The translations under genes were made by a program, and so were the position numbers. DNA of 64,000 nt, from positions 19,852 through 83,851 of the forward strand of contig WGNE01000034.1 in assembly GCA_016124645.1 (NCBI GenBank), read 5' to 3'. Under the pieces are notes generated by a model. That model was not told the DNA's origin. It searched no databases and worked only from the letters and a program-made list of their open reading frames with translations. Each line of letters opens with the position of its first letter. Positions within the stretch are counted from its first letter, which is position 1. The DNA is from Alphaproteobacteria bacterium. GTDB taxonomy: Bacteria > Pseudomonadota > Alphaproteobacteria > Micavibrionales > UBA2020. Shown one piece after another: positions 57,268 to 64,000 of this stretch.

Positions 57268-57768
57268 ATGCGGGGCCAGACCGACGAAGACGCCGGCCGC
57301 GCCATCGAGCTGACCGCCTACATGCAGCGCACCGCGCAGAAGTTGACAGCCAAGGCCAAGGCGGAAGCGGCGGCGGGCGTCATCATCCGGCCGCTGAGCC
57401 CGGAGGAAAAGCATATTGTGACCGAGCTGGGCAAGTTCAACGCCGTGCAGGCGCTGGTGCAGCAAGCCTTCCTTCAGGGCGGCAAGGTGACGCCCGAAAC
57501 CCTGACCAGGGCCTATGGCGACCTGCAGGACGTTTTGCTGAAAGACCGGCGCGCCCACCCGGAGAACGACGCCCTCGACTGCGCGCGCATGACCAAGCTG
57601 CAGGAAAGCTATATCGTGGCCGTGCAAAAGCTCGACTACGAAGCCATGAACGCCAAGTTCGGCGTGGACATCGTGAAGAAGGAGCCCGCGCTCAAATCCT
57701 TCGCCGCGCCGGACCGCCCCGCGATGTCGGGCGCCGGAAATCCCCTCCAGACGCCCGGTCCGGGCTGA
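57268..57768 (+). CDS. hypothetical protein
   Basis: 166-aa ORF starting 9 nt after the previous gene. No motif recognised. Confidence 0.5.
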   Translation: MRGQTDEDAGRAIELTAYMQRTAQKLTAKAKAEAAAGVIIRPLSPEEKHIVTELGKFNAVQALVQQAFLQGGKVTPETLTRAYGDLQDVLLKDRRAHPENDALDCARMTKLQESYIVAVQKLDYEAMNAKFGVDIVKKEPALKSFAAPDRPAMSGAGNPLQTPGPG

Positions 57769-57947
57769 AAAACCCTCACGCTGCACCGCACAACGAACGC
57801 CGCGCAAAGCCGCGCCGCCAAAGGGTTTTTCAGGGAAGCCCTTTACAAAAATTCAAATCGACTTATAACCTAGAATTAGAGGCGCCGACGAATTTCGATT
57901 CGGGGGGTGCGCCTTGAGCAAGAACAAGCGTATGGGGATATCATGAG

Positions 57948-59144
57948 ATGGATGATTATGACGGCCCTGACGAGGTGGTGCGACAACTCCGCCCCGACAT
58001 ACCTGTAACCTGTTTCCGCCCCGCGGCGCTGGAAAGCGCGGCACGCTGGTTTTTGACGAATTTCCCCGGAAAAGTGCTCTACGCCGTCAAGGCGAACCCG
58101 GCGCCCTACGTGCTGTCCGGGCTGCATGCCGCGGGCATCACCCATTTCGACGCCGCCTCCGTGCCGGAAATCCAGCTGGTCCACAGCCTGTGCCCCGGCG
58201 CGCATATCGCCTTCATGCACCCGGTCAAAAGCCGCCACGCCATCGAGCAGGCCTATTTCGACTTCGGCATCCGCGACTTTTCCTTCGACAGCATGGAAGA
58301 GCTGGAGAAGATCGTCGCCTGCACGGGCAAGAGCAAGGACCTCGGCCTCATGCTGCGCCTCGCCGTGCCGAACACGGCGTCCGAACTGCCGCTTTCGGGC
58401 AAGTTCGGCTGCCCGCCGGAAAAGGCCGTCGCCATCCTGAAGGCGGCGCGCAAGCTGGCGGCGCGCATCGGCATCTGCTTTCACGTCGGCTCGCAGACCA
58501 TGGACCCGCAGGCCTATGTCGCCGCGCTGGCCATCGTCGGCACCATCCTGCGCGCCATGCCGCGCACGAAGGTGGACGTCATCGACATCGGAGGAGGCTT
58601 TCCCTCGGTCTATCCCGACATGGCGCCGCCCGCGCTTGCAGATTATAAAACCGCCATCGACGCAGGGCTGGACGCCCTGCCCCACCCCGAGCGCTATGAT
58701 TTCTGGTGCGAGCCCGGCCGCGCGCTGGTCGCCGAAAGCGCCTCGGTCGTCGTGCAGGTGGAGCTTCGCAAGGACGACGTCCTTTACATCAACGATGGAA
58801 CCTATGGCAGCCTGTTCGACGCGGGCCACATGGGTTTCCGTTACCCGGTTCGTCTCATCCGTCCGACGCCGGGGGGCACAGATGCCGCGCTGAAGGGTTT
58901 CCGTTTCTACGGCCCCACCTGCGACAGCATCGACTACATGCCCGGACCCTTCTTCCTGCCGGAAGACGTCAGGGAGGGGGACTACATCGAGATCGGCCAG
59001 CTGGGCGCATACGGCAACACGATGCGCACGGACTTCAACGGCTTTTCCGCCCATGAGGTGGTGAGCGTGAAGACCCCGCCGCTGGTGACGCTCTACGATG
59101 ACGCTTTGGAAACGACGGATCCAAAAGAGCTCTGCGTGGCCTGA
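57948..59144 (+). CDS. type III PLP-dependent ornithine/lysine/arginine decarboxylase (ODC-like)
   Basis: YAVKANP (PLP lysine), HVGSQ, GGGFP, EPGR, CDS.D motifs of the Orn/DAP/Arg decarboxylase family. Confidence 0.85.
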   Translation: MDDYDGPDEVVRQLRPDIPVTCFRPAALESAARWFLTNFPGKVLYAVKANPAPYVLSGLHAAGITHFDAASVPEIQLVHSLCPGAHIAFMHPVKSRHAIEQAYFDFGIRDFSFDSMEELEKIVACTGKSKDLGLMLRLAVPNTASELPLSGKFGCPPEKAVAILKAARKLAARIGICFHVGSQTMDPQAYVAALAIVGTILRAMPRTKVDVIDIGGGFPSVYPDMAPPALADYKTAIDAGLDALPHPERYDFWCEPGRALVAESASVVVQVELRKDDVLYINDGTYGSLFDAGHMGFRYPVRLIRPTPGGTDAALKGFRFYGPTCDSIDYMPGPFFLPEDVREGDYIEIGQLGAYGNTMRTDFNGFSAHEVVSVKTPPLVTLYDDALETTDPKELCVA

Positions 59145-59194
59145 CCCCAAGGAAGGGCAGCCACAGGGCTATTTTAAACCGAAGAGGCACTATC

Positions 59195-60259
59195 ATGAAA
59201 AACCTGAAAGCGGTCAAAGCCAAGCCGCACGCCAAAAGCAACCGCAAAGCCGACCTGCTCGCCAATACGGTCGAGCATATCGACATCACCTCCTTCGACG
59301 CGCGCCCGATCATCAAGTCGATGGGCAAGATGTCCTTCACCTCGCGCGACCTTTCCCGCGCGGCTGAAATCTTCAACACCATGCTGAAGGACAAGTCGGC
59401 CACCAGCATCCTGACCCTCGCGGGCTCGACCTCGGCCGGCGGCTGCATGGACCTTTACACCGACCTCATCAAGCACAACATGGTCGATGTCGTCGTCGCC
59501 ACCGGCGCTTCCATCGTCGATATGGACTTCTTCGAGGCGCTGGGCTTCAAGCACTACCAGGCCGACAGCCAGGTGGACGACCGCGAGCTGCGCGACCTTT
59601 ACATCGACCGCATCTACGACACCTATATCGACGAAGAAGACCTGCAGGCCGTGGACCACACGATCTTCAAGATCGCCGAAACGCTGGAGCCGCGCCCCTA
59701 TTCCTCGCGCGAGTTCATCCACGAGATGGGCAAGTACCTGACCAAGCACGCGAAGAAGAAAAACTCGCTGGTCCAGACCGCCTATGAGCATGGCGTGCCG
59801 ATCTTCTGCCCGGCCTTCACCGACAGCTCGGCCGGTTTCGGCCTCGTGCTGCACCAGGTGAAGAACCCCAAGAAGCACATGAGCATCGACAGCGTCGCCG
59901 ACTTCCGCGAACTGACCGACATCAAGATTGCGGCTGGCACCACGGGCCTTTTGATGGTCGGCGGCGGCGTGCCCAAGAACTTCACGCAGGACACCGTCGT
60001 CTGCGCCGAAATTCTGGGCCACAAGGACGTCGAGATGCACAAATACGCCATCCAGATCACCGTCGCCGACGTGCGCGACGGCGCCTGCTCCTCCTCCACG
60101 CTGAAGGAAGCCTGCAGCTGGGGCAAGGTGGACGTGGCCATGGAACAGATGGTCTTCGCCGAGGCGGGCAGCGTCATTCCCCTGCTGGCCTCCGACGCCT
60201 ACCACCGCGGCCACTGGAAAAAGCGCAGCCGCAAGAACTGGGCGAAACTCTTCAAGTAA
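59195..60259 (+). CDS. deoxyhypusine synthase-like protein (candidate homospermidine synthase)
   Basis: LTLAGSTSAGGCMDLYTDLIKHNMVDVVVATGASIVDMD...VGGGVPKNF... are DHS-family NAD-binding motifs. Confidence 0.8.
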   Translation: MKNLKAVKAKPHAKSNRKADLLANTVEHIDITSFDARPIIKSMGKMSFTSRDLSRAAEIFNTMLKDKSATSILTLAGSTSAGGCMDLYTDLIKHNMVDVVVATGASIVDMDFFEALGFKHYQADSQVDDRELRDLYIDRIYDTYIDEEDLQAVDHTIFKIAETLEPRPYSSREFIHEMGKYLTKHAKKKNSLVQTAYEHGVPIFCPAFTDSSAGFGLVLHQVKNPKKHMSIDSVADFRELTDIKIAAGTTGLLMVGGGVPKNFTQDTVVCAEILGHKDVEMHKYAIQITVADVRDGACSSSTLKEACSWGKVDVAMEQMVFAEAGSVIPLLASDAYHRGHWKKRSRKNWAKLFK

Positions 60260-60867
60260 TGGGAAAGCAGGATACGGAGGTGGCCGAAAACTACGAGGCC
60301 ATCGCCGACTGGTTCGACCGAAACCGCGACAAGACATTGTTCGAGAGGGAATACCTCTCGAACATTCTTGCGCGGATGCCGAAGGACGAGGGCACGTTGT
60401 TCGACCTCGGCTGCGGCACGGGCGAGCCCATCGCGCGCTTCTTCATCGAAAACGGCGTGAAGGTGACGGGCGTGGACGCCGCGCCGCGCATGGTCGAATA
60501 TTGCCGCGCCCGCTTTCCCGCCCATGAATGGCGGGTCGGCGACATGCGCGGGCTGGAGCTCGGACGGAAATTCGGCGCCGTGCTGGCATGGGACAGCTTC
60601 TTCCATTTAACGCAGGAAGCGCAGCGCGGGATGTTCGCCGTCTTCGCGCGCCACGCCGCGCCGGGCGCCCCCCTCGCCTTCAATACCGGCACCGAGGCTG
60701 GCGAGGTCTATGGCACGATGGACGGCCGGGATTTCCACCACGCCAGCCTTGCGACGGATGAATACCGTGAATTGCTAAACGCGCACGGCTTCGACGTCGT
60801 CACGCACAAGGCCGACGATGCCGATTGCGGCGGACGCACCGTCTGGCTGGCGCAAAAAAGAGGATAA
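60259..60867 (+). CDS. class I SAM-dependent methyltransferase
   Basis: Motif I LFDLGCGTGEP, motif II VDAAPRMV, post-II LAWDSFFHL. TAATG overlap with the DHS-like gene. Confidence 0.8.
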   Translation: MGKQDTEVAENYEAIADWFDRNRDKTLFEREYLSNILARMPKDEGTLFDLGCGTGEPIARFFIENGVKVTGVDAAPRMVEYCRARFPAHEWRVGDMRGLELGRKFGAVLAWDSFFHLTQEAQRGMFAVFARHAAPGAPLAFNTGTEAGEVYGTMDGRDFHHASLATDEYRELLNAHGFDVVTHKADDADCGGRTVWLAQKRG

Positions 60868-60876
60868 TGCCGGCTA

Positions 60877-61536
60877 TTACCAGTTCTTGCCGAAGTTATG
60901 CGCCGATGACGCGGCGGATTTGAGCGGCGGCGTTTTCAGCTGCGGATTTTTCGCGATGCTGCCCTTGTCGAAATCGCCGGGGGAGCGGATCTCGACGTCG
61001 TCAGAGGTGCAGTTGGTGCCGCAGGAATACACATAGTCCGCAGCGTATTTGAACTGGTCGGCGGGGGAAACATCGCCGTCCTTGTATTGGTCTGCCAGTT
61101 CGGAAACGACTTCGCTGCCGTAATCCTTGGTATTGGTATGCAGGAATCTGCCCTTGTTGAAATTGTCGAACAGGGACAGCACGGGGTGCTGCGGGTCGGC
61201 GTTGTAGAGCACGCCCAGAATCTGGTCGTCGAAAAAGCCGCTTTTCTGGGAGGCGAGGCGGCTGTCGAGGCAGATTGTGACATGTTTCGCGTTCAGCTCA
61301 TCAAGCTTTTTCGTGCGCACGTCCATCAACACCTGCGTGAGGCGGCTTCTGTAGGCGGACTGGGTATCGGAGGATGAAAGCTGGCAGACGGCAAGGGAGT
61401 TCTCGACCATCTCGCCGACGACCGTGGGCTTGCGCTGCACATCCGCGGAATTCTCGCAGCCCGTCATGGCGACGGCGGCGAAGGCGAGCATGAGGCCCGC
61501 AACCCCGGTTTTGACTTTTTTGTTTGTAAACATCAT
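60877..61536 (-). CDS. hypothetical lipoprotein
   Basis: Signal peptide with lipobox AMTG|C. No further motif. Confidence 0.55.
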   Translation of the reverse strand: MMFTNKKVKTGVAGLMLAFAAVAMTGCENSADVQRKPTVVGEMVENSLAVCQLSSSDTQSAYRSRLTQVLMDVRTKKLDELNAKHVTICLDSRLASQKSGFFDDQILGVLYNADPQHPVLSLFDNFNKGRFLHTNTKDYGSEVVSELADQYKDGDVSPADQFKYAADYVYSCGTNCTSDDVEIRSPGDFDKGSIAKNPQLKTPPLKSAASSAHNFGKNW

Positions 61537-61687
61537 CTTGACACCCTGTATTTTTATATTATGTATAATGCGAATACTATATACGCCGGGCGTAAAACCG
61601 TCAAACGAACGATAAAAAAGATATATTATTCATAGCATTAGTGCCCTATACTGCGCCCCGTAGCAAAGACGATTCAGGAGATTCACC

Positions 61688-62608
61688 ATGCAGTTCATGC
61701 CCGCTTCCAAAGGCTTCCTCGGCCTCTCGAAAAAGGACGCCGTCGCGCCGAAAGACGCGCAGGCCGTCATCATCCCCTTCGGGCTGGAGGCCTCGGTCTC
61801 CTACGGCGGCGGCACGGCCGCAGGGCCGCAGGCGATGATCGACGCCTCGCACCAAGTTGAGCTGTTCGACGACGAATTCTGGTGCGAGCCCTTCCGCGAA
61901 TACGGCGTGGCCACCGCCAAGCAGGTGAAGATCGCCAAATCCGTTCCCAAAGCGCTCGACCAGCTCGAGGCGCAGGTGGAAGAAGCGCTGAAGATGGGCA
62001 AGTTCCCCATGGTCTTCGGCGGGGAGCATTCCATCACCGCCGGCGCCATCCGCCCCTATGCGCGCCGCTACAAGGACCTCACCATCCTGCATTTCGACGC
62101 GCATGCCGATTTGCGCGACGGCTACGACGGGGAGCATTACTCCCACGCCGCCGCGTTGCGCCGCGTGCTGGACTTCAAGAACATCAAGCTTTATTCCTTC
62201 GGCATCCGCAACATCTCGCAGGAGGAAATCCCCTTCCTCGAGGCCAACGCGAAGCGCGTGAAAATCTACTGGGCGCGCGAAAAGGCGAAGTGGAACCTGA
62301 AGGAAATCGCGGGCCACTTCCGCGGCAAGCCCGTCTATCTCACCTTCGATATCGACGGGCTGGACGCGAGCCTGATGCCCGCGACCGGCACGCCCGAACC
62401 CGGCGGCTTGTTCTGGGACGACGCCATGGCGATCATCCGCGAGGTTTCGAAGGTCGGCCATATCGTCGGCGCGGACGTGAACGAGCTGGCGCCCAAGCCC
62501 AACCTGCATTCCTGCGACTTCCTCGCGGCGAAGCTGGCGTACAAGATCATGAACTTCGCCTTCCTCGTCAGCCACCGCAACAAGATCCGCGCCGCGAAGG
62601 CGGCCTGA
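61688..62608 (+). CDS. speB: agmatinase (ureohydrolase family)
   Basis: GGEHSIT, HFDAHADLRD, DIDGLD and TPEPGG are Mn-binding ureohydrolase motifs. Confidence 0.85.
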   Translation: MQFMPASKGFLGLSKKDAVAPKDAQAVIIPFGLEASVSYGGGTAAGPQAMIDASHQVELFDDEFWCEPFREYGVATAKQVKIAKSVPKALDQLEAQVEEALKMGKFPMVFGGEHSITAGAIRPYARRYKDLTILHFDAHADLRDGYDGEHYSHAAALRRVLDFKNIKLYSFGIRNISQEEIPFLEANAKRVKIYWAREKAKWNLKEIAGHFRGKPVYLTFDIDGLDASLMPATGTPEPGGLFWDDAMAIIREVSKVGHIVGADVNELAPKPNLHSCDFLAAKLAYKIMNFAFLVSHRNKIRAAKAA

Positions 62609-62637
62609 TTTCAAAAGCCGCGAAACGGCCTGAAGCC

Positions 62638-63984
62638 CTAGGACGGCACGAGGCTGCGGTTGACGACGTAGGATATCAGCCCCACGGCCATGTTGGTCGC
62701 GACCAGCGCGGCCAGAATGCCGGTGAAACCCATGTACGCCTGCCCGATGAAGGCCAGCGGCAAATAGATGACCACTGCCTTGAGCAGGATCAGCGTCGTC
62801 GCGGGCAGCGGGCGGCCCATGGCGTTGAGGGCCGCGTTGCAGATCACCATCGTGCCCATCGCGCCGTAGCTGACCGGCACCCAGTAAAGATATTGCGCGG
62901 TATAGGCCGCCACCAGCGGGTTCTTGTCGAAGACCAGCGGAATGCGCTCGGCGAAGGCCCAAAGGACGACGGCCACGAACAGGCCCCAGAGAATGGCGTA
63001 ACGCGCCCCCGTCTCCATCGCCTCGCGGATGCGGCCGTAGTTGCCCGCGCCGAAATTCTGCCCGGTGAAGATGGAGACGGAAGCCCCCGTCGCGTAGAAG
63101 GCCATGACCGAAAGCACCTCCACCCTGCTGGCCACGCCCAGCGCCGCCACCGCTTCCTTGCCGAAGCCGGCGGCCAGCCAGGTGATGATGACGGCGGAAA
63201 TCGGCGCGATCTGGTTGCTCAGCACAGAAGGGCCCGCGATATGCAGGATGCGTTTCCATGAATCGAATATGCCGCGGTGAAAAATTTTCGGCGCGAGGAT
63301 GCCGCGACGGAAAATCAGCTCGTAAAGCAGGATCATGGAGGTGATGTAATTCGCCACCACATGCGTGACCGCCGCCCCCGCCATCTTCAGCTCCGGGAAA
63401 GGCCCCCAGCCGAAGATGAAGAAAGGGTCGAGCACGATGTTGATGAGCGCCAGCAGGCTCATCATGCGCGAGACGAAAGCCGTGTCCCCCGTCGCGCGGA
63501 TGCAGGCGTTGCCCACGATCATCATGCCCAGAAACGGCAGGCCGACGTACCAGATGGACATGTACTTGTGGATCAGCGGCATCAGGTCCGGCGTCGCCCC
63601 CATCTGGCGGAAGATCCAGCTGTGGCCCAGAAATCCCGCGACGCAGGAAACGCCGATCGCCAGCACCGCCAGCGAAAGCGCGTCGGTCGCCGTGCGGCGC
63701 ATCTTCTCCATCTCCCCCTCTCCGTAGATGCGCGAGAGGACGGAGGAAGTGCCGACCGACAGGCCGAAGATGATGCCCATGAAAAGCATGATGACCGGAA
63801 TGCAAAAGCCGATGGCTGCCAGATAGCGCGTGCCGAGCCGCGAGATGAAATAGGTATCCGCCAGCCGGAACAGCGTCATCGCCATCAGCCCCCATGTCAG
63901 GGGCAGGGCCATGCGCCGCAGATGCGCGCCGACGTCGCCTTCCAGCAGGGAGATATGCGGGGCTTTCGCGCCCGGACCGGCCAT
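62638..63984 (-). CDS. MATE family efflux transporter
   Basis: 448 aa with about 12 TM helices. LRRMALPLTWGLMAMTLFRLADTYFISRLG is a typical MATE N-terminus. Confidence 0.85.
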   Translation of the reverse strand: MAGPGAKAPHISLLEGDVGAHLRRMALPLTWGLMAMTLFRLADTYFISRLGTRYLAAIGFCIPVIMLFMGIIFGLSVGTSSVLSRIYGEGEMEKMRRTATDALSLAVLAIGVSCVAGFLGHSWIFRQMGATPDLMPLIHKYMSIWYVGLPFLGMMIVGNACIRATGDTAFVSRMMSLLALINIVLDPFFIFGWGPFPELKMAGAAVTHVVANYITSMILLYELIFRRGILAPKIFHRGIFDSWKRILHIAGPSVLSNQIAPISAVIITWLAAGFGKEAVAALGVASRVEVLSVMAFYATGASVSIFTGQNFGAGNYGRIREAMETGARYAILWGLFVAVVLWAFAERIPLVFDKNPLVAAYTAQYLYWVPVSYGAMGTMVICNAALNAMGRPLPATTLILLKAVVIYLPLAFIGQAYMGFTGILAALVATNMAVGLISYVVNRSLVPS

Positions 63985-64000
63985 CAGGCGGCGATCTTTT

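Noticed and set aside
61548-61577. dif-like XerC/D site (…TATGTATAATGCGAATAC)
   Set aside because: Only the putative XerC arm (ATGCGAA) resembles dif. The XerD arm matches about 5 of 11 positions and the central region differs. It is more likely an AT-rich promoter of the speB or lipoprotein genes.

Overview
This is a high-GC chromosomal segment (roughly 60-65% GC by eye) with an alphaproteobacterial gene set: divK-pleD, an ECF sigma/ChrR pair, IalB-like, DUF1849/EipB-like and DUF484-xerC. I could support about 60 protein genes and one tRNA. Most are housekeeping: htpG, pdxH, rpmG (56 aa, absent from the ORF track), aspS, rnd, ppx, priA, tal, xerC, xthA, ybaB, dnaX and typA. There are two polyamine-related clusters: a PuuA/PuuB-like pair, and a decarboxylase / deoxyhypusine-synthase-like / methyltransferase / agmatinase group. 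The main accessory region starts right after tRNA-Thr(CGU) at 43.1 kb. It holds a 1691-aa Rhs/YD-repeat polymorphic toxin with a Sec-type signal peptide and four N-terminal beta-sandwich-like repeats. Its 142-aa AT-rich C-terminal module fits no family I recognise and is followed by a putative immunity gene. Between that gene and the tRNA lies a small array of three 35-bp direct repeats whose inserts are fragments of the rhs core. No T6SS, PAAR/VgrG, integrase or cas genes are visible. The co-directional genes upstream encode a DUF1579-like exported protein, an orphan GspF/PilC-like platform protein and another exported protein. Other points worth a look are four ankyrin-repeat proteins (one between dnaX and ybaB, one start-stop coupled to xthA, one on a low-GC islet), a tandem NT5C/HAD-like protein with a degenerate second domain, several REP/MITE-like hairpin families, two palindromic intergenic operator candidates, and small Cys-containing peptides. 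All family assignments come from reading motifs by eye; no database search was run.
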